From: Malacoraja senta
Lineage: Eukaryota
Length of the DNA stretch: 64,000 nucleotides
NCBI GenBank assembly: GCA_038087875.1
Contig: JAXLNO010000446.1
Location: 744,001-808,000 of the forward strand
Direction: 5' to 3'
The notes beneath the pieces are model-generated. The model was not told the origin of the DNA and ran no database searches. It was given only the letters and a program-made list of their open reading frames with translations. Shown here piece by piece: positions 23,483 to 35,848 of this stretch (positions within the stretch are counted from its first letter, which is position 1; each line of letters starts with the position of its first letter). The translations under genes and the position numbers were made by a program.

Positions 23483-23627
23483 GTTCTCCGCGGATTGTCA
23501 CCTTGTCGTGGTGGAGAAGCTTGTGTGGACCTGAGATCCTGAGAGCGATGCCGTCTGGAGCTATGATCCTGGTAGGGCCACCCATGGCGGTAAGGTCGAG
23601 GGGGAGGTCTCTGACAAAGAGCAATCC
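23483..23627 (+). ncRNA. HDV-like ribozyme with large P4 at the 5' end of the RTE-derived element (predicted)
   Basis: P1 (G)UUCUCC/GGAGAA(G); P2 GGAUUG-UC/GA(G)CAAUCC; P3 ACC/GGU; L3 UUGUCGU; P1.1 G23505-C23520; J4/2 CAAA with C23615. Confidence 0.65.
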
Positions 23628-23904
23628 AACCAAGACCTCAACGGTGGAACAGGCGGAGGACGATGGCTGACCTTAGTGGAGCGTCACAACGGCTGGGAAG
23701 GCGGATGAAGGCTGCAGCAGAAAAGGGTCTCTGGTCATCTTGGACTCCATGCCACTGGATCCTGACCCAGATCTGTCAAGGACCCCACGTGGGGTGGCTG
23801 TCTGTGCACCAGTCTCCCCACGTTAAACAAAGTCACGCACAGGCGTCCTCCATATAGGGAATAGCACCCTGGAGGCACCCATGGTCAGCCATGACTGAAG
23901 ACAG

Positions 23905-25640
23905 AATGACACAAAGCTGGGTGGCAGAGTGAACTGTGAGGAGGATGCTATGAGAATGGCGTGTGACTTGGACAGGTTGGCGGAGTGGGCAGATGCATGG
24001 CAGATGAAGATTAATGCGGATACATGTGAGGTTATCCACTTTGGTAGCAAAAACAAAGGACAAAGGACATTTATTGTCACATACACCAAATGGTGTAGTG
24101 AAATTTGTCTTGCCATGTAGCACAAATAGACACAACATTAAAGAAATTTAACATAAAACATAAAAACATCCCCCCACAATGGTTCCCACTGTGGGGGAAG
24201 GCACAAAGTCCAGTCCCCATCCCTTGTCCACCCATAGTCGGGCCTTTATAGGCCTCCACAGTCGCCTTCACGGAGGCCCGATGTTCCAGGCCGTTCTCGC
24301 CGGGTGATGGTGCTCCGGCGTCGGGAGAACCCTCTCAGCAGCTTGGGATACCTGGAACGGCCGCCTCCTTACTCGAGACCGCGGCTTCCGAAGCCAACAG
24401 GCCGCGCTGGATGGAGCTCCACCACTGGCGATCTCGGCGAGAGATCCCAGGCTCCCGTTGTTAAAGTTCAGCGCCGCCACCCGCAGACCCGGCAGCTCCA
24501 CGATGTTTCACCTGCGGTCCCAGCTCACCGGAGTTCCAGCGCGGCGACCCGGGCAAGGCATCGCCCGCTCCGCTCCGCGATAGCGCTCCAGCACTGCGCC
24601 GCCGCCGAAGTCGAGGTTCTGGCCGGTCCCCTCAGGAAACGCCGCTCCAGGCTCGCTGGTAGGCCGCGAGGACGGGTCGAAGGTGCAGCCTGGAGAAAAG
24701 CTGCCTCTCCGACCAGGTAGGGACCCTAGAAAGTAGTTTCCCCCTTCCCCCCTTCCCCCCCACCCCCCACATAAAAAAGACTAGAACTCCTAAAAAACAA
24801 AACAACTAACTAACTAAAAATTTAAAAAAGATGAAAACGGACAGCTGCAGGCTGGGCAGCCATACCACACAGGACGGCGCCCCCTAGACAATAAACAGGA
24901 AGGCAGATTACTATCTAAATGGCGTTAAGTTGGGAAAAGGGGAAATACAACGGGATCTGGGGGTCCTTGTTCATCAGTCTATGAAGGTAAGCATGCAGGT
25001 ACAGCAGGCAGTGAAGAAAGTGAATGGCATGTTGGCTTTATAACAAGAGGAATCGAATATAGGAGCAAAGAGGTCCTTCTGCAGTTGTACAGGGCCCTAG
25101 TGAGACCACACCTGGAGTATTGTGTGCAGTTTTGGTCCCCTAATTTGAGGAAGGACAGTCTTGCTATTGAAGGAGTGCAGCGTAGGTTTACAAGGGAATG
25201 GAGCAGCTGGGCTTGTACACTCTGGAGTTTAGAAGGATGAGAGGGAATCTCATTGAAACATATAAGATTGTTAAGGGCTTGGACACGCTAGAGGCAGGAA
25301 ACATGTTCCCGATGTTGGGGGAGTCCAGAACCAGGGGCCACAGTTTAAGAATAAGTAGGAAGCCATTTAGAATGGAGACGAGGAAACATTTTTTCTCACA
25401 GAGAGTGGTGTGTCTGTGGAATTATCTGCCTCAGAGGGCAGTGGAGGCAAGTTCTCTGGATGCTTTCAAGAGAGAGCTAGATAGGGCTCTTAAAAATAGC
25501 AGAGTCAGGGTATATGGGGAGAAGGCAGGAACAGGGTACTGATTGGGGATGATCAGCCATGATCACATTGAATGGCGGTGCTGGCTCGAAGGGCCAAATG
25601 GCCTACTCCTGCACCTATTGTCTATTGTCCATTGTCTATT
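23905..25640 (+). mobile_element. CR1 LINE 3' part, itself interrupted at 24055-24890
   Basis: ORFs 23929..24120 (N-terminal part) and 25198..25542; ggtagcaaaaaca|ggaaggcagatt rejoins; ctattgt tail. Confidence 0.88.
24055..24888 (-). mobile_element. About 830-bp GC-rich non-coding non-autonomous element with Rex/Babar-like tail
   Basis: Discrete insertion in CR1 with a short aaaca duplication. Layout is short GC head, T-rich tract, G-runs, GC body, then ...tgtgacaataaa(tgtcctt)n; the same layout recurs at 26384-27122. Confidence 0.65.
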
Positions 25641-25721
25641 GGGGCCTAAGAACATAGTACGTTAGGAATATAATCTACTGTCTGACTCGTAAATATACCA
25701 TAGAACAGAGAACATGCTTCA

Positions 25722-26350
25722 GGCTTATTATTGTCACGTGTACCGAGGTACAGAGAAAAGCATGTTTTTACACGCTATACAAACAGACCAGAGAATACTA
25801 TACATGAAAAATACTTGACAATCAGGTCAAACTCCAGCACAATAGGTAGAGCAAAGGGGAAGATACAGAGTGCAGAATATAGTTCTCAGCATTGTAGCGC
25901 ATCAGTTCCACAGACAAAGTCCAATGTCCGCAATGGGGTAGAGGTGAATCGGACAGTACCCTAGCTTATGGAAGGGCCGTTCAGAAGCCTGATAACAGAG
26001 GGGAAGAAGCTGTTCCTGAGTCTGGTGGTGCGCGCTTTCAAGCTTCTGTACCTTCTGCCGGACGGGAGCGGAGGAAGTCTTTGATGATGTCCGCTGCTTT
26101 CCCGAGGCAGCGTGAAATGTAGATGGAGTCAATGGTGGGGAGTGTGTTCTGTGTGATGGACTGGGCTACATCTACAATGGTGGGGAGTGTGGTCTGTGTG
26201 ATGGACTGGGATACATCTACAATGGTGGGGAGTGTGGTCTGTGTGATGGACTGGGCTACATCTACAATGGTGGGGAGTGTGGTCTGTGTGATGGACTGGG
26301 ATACATCTACAGCTCTCTGCAATTTCCTGTGGTCCTGAGCAGAGCTGTGT
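25722..26350 (-). mobile_element. Rex1/Babar 3' fragment with four tandem 45-bp units (about 26130-26310)
   Basis: ORF 26038..26385 (DVAQSITQTTLPTIV)n...SRCLGKAADII; homologous to 47820-48300. Confidence 0.85.
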
Positions 26351-26383
26351 TTCAACCGACAGTATGCAAGAGTTATTTTAAAC

Positions 26384-27122
26384 ACTGGGTGACACCACCA
26401 GCAGCGGCTGCCTCGCCAACAGTCTGTCCTTTCTTCTTTTTGTTATTTTTAGTATGTGTTAAATAGTATATTTTAGTGTTCCTTGGTTTGTTTTATGTGG
26501 GGGGTGGGTGGGGGGGAGGCGGTTGGGGGAAATGTTTTTTTACAATCTGTTACCTCGACGGAGATGCAATTTTTTTCCATATCATTACTCCGTCCCCACT
26601 GCAGCCTAACATTGTGGAGTTGGTGGCCTTTCCTGGAGACCGACGGGCGCTCCAAGCCGCGGTAATCTGCGGGACTTTAACATCGTCGAGCTTGCAATCC
26701 CTTTGCCGGGGATCGAAGCTCCAACCGCGGGGCCTGTGGACTTTAACATCGTGAAGCCCGCGGTCTCTGGTAAGAAGAGGCCGACTCGGGAGCTCCATGC
26801 CGCGGAGAGAGTTTTAACTGCCCCGATGCGGCAGTTTCGATCACCCCGATGGGGGCTTCGATCGCTGGCTGCAGGGGGTTTGATCAACCCAATTGGGGAT
26901 GTTTGACTGTCCCGACCACGGGAGAACAAAGAGGAAGAAGATTGAACTTAATTGCCTTCCATTATAGTGAGGAACGTGGAATCTACTGTGGTGGATGTTT
27001 ATGTTAACCTTTATGTAGTTGTCTGTCTTGTTGCTTTTCACTTAGTATGGCTGTATTGGAACACAAATTTCACCGTACCTTAACTGGTACATGTGACAGT
27101 AAACTGACCCTGAAACCTTGAG
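26384..27122 (+). mobile_element. About 740-bp GC-rich non-coding element, diverged relative of 24055-24888
   Basis: Same modular layout; its 3' part also matches fragments at about 880-1003 and 2200-2387. Confidence 0.6.
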
Positions 27123-27211
27123 ACATGCCAAATTCCCTCAATCTCCTCAGGAAGACTGCGTAAAAGGTTCTGACTGTCCACCATTTCTATGCCTCTCATA
27201 ATTTTATATAT

Positions 27212-28234
27212 CAGGTCTCAGTGCTGGGACCCCAGCTATTTACAATTTATATTAATGAACTGGATGAGGGAATTGAAGGCAACATCTCCAAGTTTGCGGA
27301 TGACACTAAGCTGCGGGGCAGTGTTAGCTGTGAGGAGGATGCTAGGAGACTGCAAGGTGACTTGGATAGGCTGGGTGAGTGGGCAAATGTTTGGCAGATG
27401 CAGTATTATGTGGATAAATGTGAGGTTATCCACTTTGGTGGCAAAAACAGGAAAGCAGACTATTATCTAAATGGTGGCCGATTAGGAAATGGGGAGATGC
27501 AACGAGACCTGGGTGTCATGGTACATCAGTCATTGAAAGTAGGCATGCAGGTGCAGCAGGCAGTGAAGAAAGCGAATGGTATGTTAGCTTTCATAGCAAA
27601 AGGATTTGAGTATAGGAGCAGGGAGGTTCTGCTGCAGTTGTACAGGGTCTTGGTGAGACCACACCTGGAGTATTGCGTACAGTTTTGGTCTCCAAATCTG
27701 ACGAAGGACATTATAGCCATAGAGGGAGTGCAGAGAAGGTTCACCAGACTGATTCCTGGGATGTCAGGACTTTCATATGAAGAAAGACTGGATAGACTTG
27801 GCTTATACTCGCTAGAATTTAGGAGATTGAGAGGGGATCTTATAGAAACGTACAAAATTCTTATGGGGTTGGACAGGCTAGATGCAGGAAGATTGTTCCC
27901 GATGTTGGGGAAGTCCAGGACAAGGGGTCACAGCTTAAGGATAAGGGGGAAATCCTTTAAGACCGAGATGAGGAAAAACTTTTTCACACAGAGAGTGGTG
28001 AATCTCTGGAACTCTCTGCCACAGAGGGTAGTTGAGGCCAGTTCATTGGCTATATTTAAGAGGGAGTTAGATGTGGCCCTTGTGGCTAAAGGGATCAGGG
28101 GGTATGGAGAGAAGGCAGGTACGGGATACTGAGTTGGATGATCAGCCATGATCATATTGAATGGCGGTGCAGGCTCGAAGGGCCGAATGGCCTACTCCTG
28201 CACCTATTTTCTATGTATCTATGTATCTATGTAT
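27212..28234 (+). mobile_element. Young CR1 3' 1 kb with uninterrupted ORF2 C-terminal frame
   Basis: ORF 27221..28132 (303 aa): LGPQLF...KFADDTKL through to the stop; ctatgtat tail. Confidence 0.95.
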
Positions 28235-28311
28235 CAGGTCTCCCCTTCATTGTTACAATGTCATTCACCAGCTGAGAAGAAGACAAAGTTCTTTGCAATT
28301 GGTTAAGTTGT

Positions 28312-28840
28312 ATAATGAAAGGCCTGGATAGAGTGGGTGTGGAGAGGATGTTTCCACTAGTGGGAGATTCTAGGACCAGAGGTCATAGACTCAGAATTAA
28401 AGAATGTTCCTTTAGGAAGGAGATGAGGAGGAATTTCTTTAGTCAGAGGGTGGTGAATCTGTAGAATTAATTGCCACAGACGGCTGTGGAGGCCAAGTCA
28501 GTGATTATTTATAAGGCGGAGAAGGGGTTGAGAGGGGAAGATAGATCAGCCATGATTGAATGGTGGAGTAGACGATGGGCCGAATTGCTTAATTATACTC
28601 CTAGATCTTATGAATTTGTGATGTCATGGCGCACAGATGCAGAGGGCGGCTGCTGACGGCGGTAGCCAGACGGTAGTGTTTGCGGTGCCCGCGAGCAGTT
28701 GTGTTGGTGGTGAACGGGCGGTGAATCTGTAGGAGGGGGGGGGGGAAGAATCTGTAGAGGTAGAAAAAAGTCAAAAGGCAAGTCTCTGATTCCCCCACCC
28801 TGGTTATCGGGGAGGGTAGGATGTAGGATGTCCTATTGTT
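28312..28840 (+). mobile_element. Composite repeat copy A: old CR1 3' end + GC-rich module
   Basis: The junction ...ttatgaa(t/c)ttgtgatgtcatgg...cagagggcggctgc is shared with 40121-40740. Confidence 0.6.
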
Positions 28841-29664
28841 TAGTACAGTTGGGTTTAAATGGGTGGGTCAGGATTATATCTCCCTCTTTAACTAGTATTG
28901 ATGAAATTTCAGTCCCAACATCGTCCTACATATTAACACAACATTGCATGTGCTACTCTTAAATAATTGATACTCACTGAGTAATTAAGGTGTCTTTGTA
29001 CACATCTATAAATAGTTGTACTCAATATATGACCACCAAAAGATGTGCCGAGAATCCGAGCAGACACTATTCAGGCAAGGGAAGGCATTAATAATGTGAC
29101 ATGATGGTATCGTGTGAATGGGTGGGGTTTGCAGATCGCTGGAGTATAAATCAAGCATTCATTTGTGCAAAAATTAGTTTTACCAAACTGTGCAATTTTG
29201 ACAACTATCTGACGTGATACAGATTAATAATCTTTTTTTAAATTGGACTCAGTGTTTTTCTAATTTAATGGCTTAAAATGTGACGAATGTAAGATGCCTG
29301 TCACAGCTTTGCTGCTAATGACTAATGTGTCATTAAAGAGCTCTGAATTACTTCACACCTTCCAAGGAGAGTCTCACTGAAGGATGAACGCAAACACTTA
29401 ACTTTGCCTCCTTCCACCTCCGAGGGGATTAATATACAGAAGGCAGCGTGTGAGAGTCTACAGGGAAATGAGAGAATGGCTTAGCATTTATACAACTGTC
29501 GAGATGATTTATTTAGATTAGCAACAACAAGAACTATATTTATAGTGGGAAGATCTGGCTGCAGGCCTTTTCTTCACACTGATGCGCTACAATGCTGAGA
29601 ACTATATTCTGCACTCTGTATCTTCCCCTTTGCTCTGGCTATTGTACTCTTGATTGTATCTATG

Positions 29665-29878
29665 TAGAAGTCTGTGGAATTCTCTGCCTCAGAGGGTGGT
29701 GGAGGCCAGTTCTCTGGATACTTTCAAGAGAGAGCTAGATAGGGCTCTTAAAAATAGTTAATATGGGGAGAAGGCAGGAACAGGGTACTGATTGTGGATA
29801 ATCAGCCATGATCACATTGAATGGCGGTGCTGGCTCGAAGGGCCGAATGGCCTACTCCTGCACCTATTATCTATTGTC
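29665..29878 (+). mobile_element. CR1 3' end nested in a Rex-type tail (29580-29665, resuming near 30086)
   Basis: CR1 3' UTR; the flanks match 48188-48300. Confidence 0.75.
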
Positions 29879-29884
29879 TGATCT

Positions 29885-30085
29885 AACTCAGCGGGACAGG
29901 CAGCATCTCTGGAGAGAAGGAATGGGTGGTGTTTCTGGTCGAGACCCTTATTCAGACTGAAGAAGGGTCTCGACCCAAAATGTCACCCATTCCTTCTCTC
30001 CAGAGATGCTGCCTGCCCGCTGAGTTACTCCAGCATTTTGCGTCTACCTTCGATTTAAACCAGAATCTGCAGTACTTTCCTACAC
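29885..30085. mobile_element. Palindromic head-to-head PLE termini
   Basis: About 70-bp inverted arms centred on ttcagactgaa (29951-29961). Confidence 0.8.
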
Positions 30086-30194
30086 GTATTATCTGATCTG
30101 TTTGGGTAGCATGCGAAACAAAACTTTTCACTGTACCTCGGTACACATTACAATATACTAAACTTAAATCTAATCTGCGTCATCTTTTATATCT

Positions 30195-30352
30195 CTCGTT
30201 TCCCTTCCCGTGACCTCCAGTCTGAAGAAGGGTCTCGACCCAAAACATCACCTATCCATGTTCTCCAGAGATGCTGCCTGACCCGCTGACTTACTCCATC
30301 TTTTTGTGCCTATCTTCGGTTTAAACCAGCCTTTGCAGTTCGGTCTTACACA
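30195..30352 (+). mobile_element. PLE terminal segment with degenerate hammerhead
   Basis: cagtctgaagaagggtctcgacccaaaacatcacc...gatgctgcctgacccgctga. Confidence 0.75.
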
Positions 30353-30545
30353 TTAAACCTAGTCAGATGGGGCGGCACGGTGGTGCAGCGGTAGAGTTGC
30401 TGTCTTACAGTGCCAGAGACCCGGTTCGATCCTGACTACGAGTGCTGTCTGTGTGGAGTTTTCACGTTCTCCCCGTGACCACATGGGTTTTCTCCGGGTG
30501 CTCCGGTTTCCTCCCACACTCCAAAGATGTAAAGGTTTGTAGGCT

Positions 30546-31200
30546 TTGCAACCGCAAGAGATGCAACACTTGTCCTTCACCTCCCCCCTCGACTCCATTC
30601 ATAGGACCCAAGCAGTCGTTCCAGGTGCGACAGAGGTTCACCTGCATCTCCTCCAACCTCATCTATTGCATTCGCTGCTCTAGATGCCAGCTGATCTACA
30701 TCGGTGAGACCAAGCGGAGGCTTGGCGATCGTTTCACCGAACACCTCCGGTCGGACCGCAATAACCAACTTGACCTCCCGGTGGCTCAGCACTTCAACTC
30801 CCCCTCCCATTCCATATCTGATCTCTCTGTCCTGGGTCTCCTCCCATGGCCACAGCGAGCAACACCGTAAATTGGAGGAAATGCACCTCATATTCCGCTT
30901 GGGCAGTCTACATCCTGGGGGCTTGAACATTGAATTCTCCCAATTCTGCTAGCCCTGGCTGTCCCCTCCCCTTCATCAGCCCTCTGGTTGTCTCCTCCCA
31001 TCCCCCAGCCCTCAGGCTCCTCCTCCGCCTTTTTCCTTTTTTCCTTTCTTCTCCCCACCCCCTATCAGTCTGAAGAAGGGTTTCGGCCCGAAACGTTACC
31101 TGTTTCCTTCGCTCCATAGATGCTGCTGCACCCGCTGAGTTTCTCCAGCATTTTTGTGTACCTTCGATTTTCCAGCATCTGCAGTTCCTTCTTTAACACT
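30546..31200 (+). mobile_element. Penelope-like element 3' part (GIY-YIG + terminus)
   Basis: ORF 30442..30870 RCNTCP...NLIYCIRCSRCQLIYIGETKRRL; perfect 14-bp TSD aaggtttgtaggct (30532-30545, 31201-31214). Confidence 0.93.
31068..31100 (+). ncRNA. Minimal type I hammerhead ribozyme motif of the PLE
   Basis: CUGAAGA-A-GGG(UUUCGG)CCC-GAAAC-GUU with palindromic AACGUU in place of stem III. Confidence 0.65.
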
Positions 31201-31429
31201 AAGGTTTGTAGGCTCATTGGCTTGGTAAAATTGTAAATTGTACTTAGCGTGTACGATAATGTGAGTGTAAGGGTTGATCGCTGGTCGGCGCGGACTCAGT
31301 GGGCTGAAGGGCCTGTTTTCACACTGTGTCTCTTAAGTCTACAGTCTAAAAGCCTTAAATAATTGGCAATGCAGATAATAGGTAGGTGAACATAGATAGG
31401 TGATGTTTTAGGTCAGGCCCCTTCTACTT

Positions 31430-32197
31430 TATGTCTTCGAACGAGTGTCTTTCAAAATCGTGACATCCGAACGGACACCAAAATGTTAGTGTACAAGACA
31501 GTGGTGATTCCAACGCTCCTGTATGCATCAGAAACCTGGACAACATACCAACGCCATCTGAAAACACTTGAAAAGTTCCATCAACGATGTCTTTGAAGCA
31601 GCTTAAATATCAGTTGGGAAGAGAAGAACCAACGTCAGCGTGATGAATGAAGCAAAAAAAACAACGTCAGCGTGCTGAATGAAGCAAAAAGAACCAACAT
31701 CAGCGTGCTGAATGAAGCAAAAACATCTAGCATCGAAGCCTTCGTCATCAAGAACCAACTAAGATGTGTCAGTCATGTTGTTCGGATGGAAGACGAGCGT
31801 CTACCAATGCAAACCTTCTACTCCCAGCTTAAAGAAGGCAAACGGAAAAGAGGTGGACAAAAGAAGAGATTCAAAGACGCCTTATAAGCCATCATGAAGA
31901 AATGTGAAATCCACATCGACAATTGGGAAACCAATGCTAAGGACAGGAAACTCTGGAGAACCATCATCCAAGAAGGAACAGCAACCTTCAAAGCCGAGGG
32001 ATGCGCAGAATTAGAAGAAAAGAGAAGAAAACGGAAAGAGAGCCAGCAACGACCAATCAGCCATCAGGAATTACCTGTCCTGAATGTCGAAGAACTTTCA
32101 AAGCCAGGATTGGACTCATAAGCCACCTGAGATTCCATAGAAACAACAGAACGTAGACCATCATCCCCAACCTCGAGGGATCGCCATGACGAGACGA
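31430..32197 (+). mobile_element. RTE-clade LINE 3' part (decayed) with three internal units of about 31 bp (31627-31722)
   Basis: VFQNRDIRTDTKMLVYKTVVIPTLLYASETW, HVVRMEDERLP, RKRGGQKKRFKD, C2H2 finger CPECRRTFKARIGLISHL. Confidence 0.88.
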
Positions 32198-34727
32198 TTT
32201 TTATAACATTTATAAGACTTTGGTGAGGCAGCATTTAGAGTATTGTGTTCAGTTCTGGGCACCGTGTTATAGGAAAGATGTTGTCAAGTTGGAAAGTGTA
32301 CAGAAAAGATTCACGAGGATGTTGAAACGTCACCTATCCATGTTCTCCACAGTTGCTTCCTGACCCGCTGAGTTACTCCGGCACTGTTTGCCTTTTTGTG
32401 TAAACCAGCACCTGCAGTTTCTTGCTTCTGTATTATTTGGATTCAGTTGCTCATTTCGCTTCCATTCATTGCATTTCATGTTCAGCATATGGAACAGGGA
32501 AATTATTTCACTGTTCCATTGCTGAAGTAGTTTAGACCCTGCTGTTTTAGAGAGCTATCCTGAAATAGTAAGATTAAACGAGAACTTACCAGTTTGATGT
32601 TTGATCTTTATTTTATGAGGAGTTACGATGAGCGATTACGTGAAGAAGTCCCGCCAGTCCGCATGCGCGTCAATCTTCAAAGCAGCGGCGTGAAATCACA
32701 GGTAACAGTAATTGAAGTAACATAGTAAGATCAGAAACCTAGAACTACCAGATGACCTTTGTGACATGAGGGTTGGGAGCGGTGGGCACGTAATCGCTCA
32801 TCGTAACTCCTCATAAAATAAAGATCAAACGTCAAACTGGTAAGTTCTCGTTTAATCTTACTATTTTACTTCGGAGTCACGTGAGTGATTCCGTGAAGAT
32901 TTCAAAGCTCTGTGATTTCATGCCATGAGAAATGAGTCTACACACCCACAACTGCTTCATTGACAGATGAGGGAAACATTCATTATGAATAAATAATAAT
33001 AATAGTAACCCCTCTCATCCGGGAGGAAACTATACAACTGAACCTAAAATAGAGTTGGCAAATACAGCTGGTCTGGCAATGGGTTATTACAAAATGTTTG
33101 GAAAGTTCGTTCGTTTGACCATCCTGCAGCCGCTAGGATGTGGTCCAGCGGAACGTAAATAACCCTTGCTGCTGATGTTGTAGCAGCCCTGGTGGAGTGA
33201 GATTTGAAAATCAGTATCTACTCCTGCATAAACCAAACCCCGTTTCACCACCTGGAGATGGTCTGAACTGATACCTTCTTATAAAGTTTTTTGTAACTAA
33301 CAAGCATTGCTAGTTCAGAGCCTCTGAGGCTGTTGGTGACCTTGACGTATTGTTGTATATGTGTGACCTCACATAACCGAAGGTCCCTGGGTATGCCATG
33401 AAACTAGTTTGAGACCTGACGCCCCTTCTGCTCTGCTTAACTAAATCATAAACATAAAATATTATATTATTTGCAGATGTAATTATCCTGTCAGTCGCAA
33501 TTATGTAGCGACTGAACCCGTTGCGCTGAGAACAGCGCCATGAGGATAACTACCTTATGAGAGCCGGCCAAAGCTAAGGATGTAGCTGGAGCCCCCTGGT
33601 GAAGTAGTGTTAACACAATGTCAATATCCCATACTGCCCTGTACTTGTCGTGGGAGAACTCGTGTTAAAGATATCCTTTACAAACTCGATATCCGGGGTG
33701 AAACCCGACAGAGTGGGGCCCGTTCGCTGCAGCAAATATGATGGGAAGGCACGTTGGGCACAGTTAATGGCCCTAACTCAATTATTGTCAAAGACCCATT
33801 TGAAAATGAACTCCAAGACGTCAGTAATCTGTTCCGTATTAAATGTAACATTAGCATTAAACAAAAACGCTTCCCATCTCCTGAAGAAGAACTGTACTGC
33901 TTTTTTGGTGCTATCCCTGCACTCTGCAGTGAGCACACACATAGATCGGTGCGACAACCCGAGCCGTAGGAGCAGTCTACTCAGAATCTGTAAGTCAATA
34001 AATAGATTTTATCATGCAGAGTCTGGTTTCCTGAGCCACGGGCTGAACCAGCAAAGTTTTACATTTAGAATAACCGTATAAGGTTGTATTATTATTCCTG
34101 ACAAAAGCGGGAATCATGGCTGCATAGGCCAGTCAAACAGTACGAAAACCTAAAGTGAGATCTTGCTGACTTTATTTCAAGACCCGACGGATGAGGCAAA
34201 ATGGAGGAAGACATAAAAGAACATTCCTCCTCCTTGTAGCGAGAATGTATCTCTCGCCAAAATTATGCCCCATATTTTTGCAACCTGTGAATAAGCATGA
34301 AAACAACATATCGATATTCGGTGTTCCATCGAACCATAATTTCATAAATACTTTGTGCTCCAACACCCATTCTGTGTTGCCATTGATCTGTACTTGATGA
34401 TACACCAGTGGCAAATGACATTAGGTAAATTATTACAGGATACTTTTACTTGATAGTACCCATGTGACTAACATATGCCACCACCATAGTGTATCCACTT
34501 GAAGTTGAGCATGCAGATTATGCATATTCGCTCAATAACCCTTTAATCCATAGAATACACCTAGTGTCTATAGATAGTTGATACCAATAACTGAAGAATT
34601 GGCAACTCATGCAAATCTCCTCCACCTCCGAACTAGAGATGACATTCGCAATTTTCCACCTTAGAGCACTTAGCATCAGTTTGTAATATAACTGAAATTT
34701 TACTGACCAAAGTACTGGAGCAATGCT

Positions 34728-34955
34728 CAAGTTCAATTGAGTTTATTGTCATGTGTCCCCGATAGGACAATGAAATTCTTGCTTTGCCTCAACCCACAGA
34801 ACACAGGAGGCATTTACTACAAAACAGATCAGTGTGTCCATATACCGTTATATAAATATATACACACATGAATAAATAGGTTGATAAAGTGCAAATAACA
34901 GATAATGGGTCATTAATGATCAGAGTTTTGTCCGAGCCAGGTTTGATAGTCTGAA
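34728..34955 (-). mobile_element. Rex/Babar-type 3' tail inserted in DIRS copy 2
   Basis: tttattgtcatgtgtcc...gacaatgaaattcttgcttt tail; absent from DIRS copy 1. Confidence 0.55.
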
Positions 34956-35700
34956 TACTGTTCGTCCATCATTGTGACTTTGGTAGCTTCAGCTGGTAAT
35001 AGCATAGGTCTGTTAACAATGACCTACATGGCACTTGAGAGGTTGCTACTTTGCACGATGTCAGTCCCCCACTTGCACAGCTGAATCACAGCTACTATAT
35101 TGCCAATTACGCTTGATGAATAGAAGGCTGCTTTATAACAACAAGGTTGTCACAGGTTTCTAATAACTCCAATCACTTGCCCCAGGGCGGAGTCATGGGC
35201 TAATTAATAGTTAAAGGTAAATCCCAATGACCAACAAGTCTATTTGGTAACATCTTAAATTTAACTGGATGGATGCCCCAATTTCTCAAATATAGTTTGA
35301 GGCTGAAACAGTTGATTTTTAGCAAAATACAGCGTTAGAATACCATCCAGTAAAAAGACATAACAAGTGTTTTTGAACTCTGAGTAGCCCAAGCACCGAT
35401 TTTAGTAATTTGATAAATAACCTGGGTAAATAATTTAGCCCATGTTGCAATGCTTTACTGTTATCATTACTGTTATCATTGCCTCATCATTAGCCAATGT
35501 TATCACTCCTGATAATTTCAAATGTCTCCAGTGCTCCCTGTAAATGGGAACTGAATAGAATGTATCTTTGAGATCCTTATCAAAATCAGTTGTTAGTCAG
35601 TAACGAAGTTTCCTATTCGGAAAAGTTTATACTGCACATGCGAGTTAAACGACATTCTCCATCTTTCACAATGAACAGGCCACGCCTGCCATCATTCCGT

Positions 35701-35848
35701 GCCTGCCTCGAACAACAACTCTGGCCATAATTCTGAGCCTGCCGCGAAAGACAACTCTGGCCATATTTCCGATCCTGTCTCGAAGGCAATCCTGGCCATA
35801 ATACTGAGCCTGCCTCAAAAGACAATTCTGGCCCTAATTCCAAACCTG
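35701..35848. repeat. Four tandem units of about 36 bp inside DIRS copy 2
   Basis: gcctgcctcgaa..caactctggccataattctga repeated. Confidence 0.75.

Larger units (their letters stand above)
23483..25651 (+). mobile_element. RTE-derived short element, copy 2, full length (23483-23900 + 25641-25651), split by a CR1
   Basis: Matches 4513-4933. Its last bases ggggcctaaga lie after the CR1. TSD acagagtacttt (23471-23482) / acatagtacgtt (25652-25663). Confidence 0.82.
30368..31350 (+). mobile_element. HE1-like V-SINE split by a PLE
   Basis: Head and core at 30368-30545, tail at 31215-31350. Confidence 0.88.

Noticed and set aside
24655..24722. U1 snRNA-like (TACCTGG..GGAGA..TTTTCTCCAGG) or HDV-like (CCG-TCCTCG-CGG) motif on the minus strand
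   Set aside because: No Sm site or U1 loops, no P1/P2 partners could be drawn, and it is poorly kept in the related copy at 26384.
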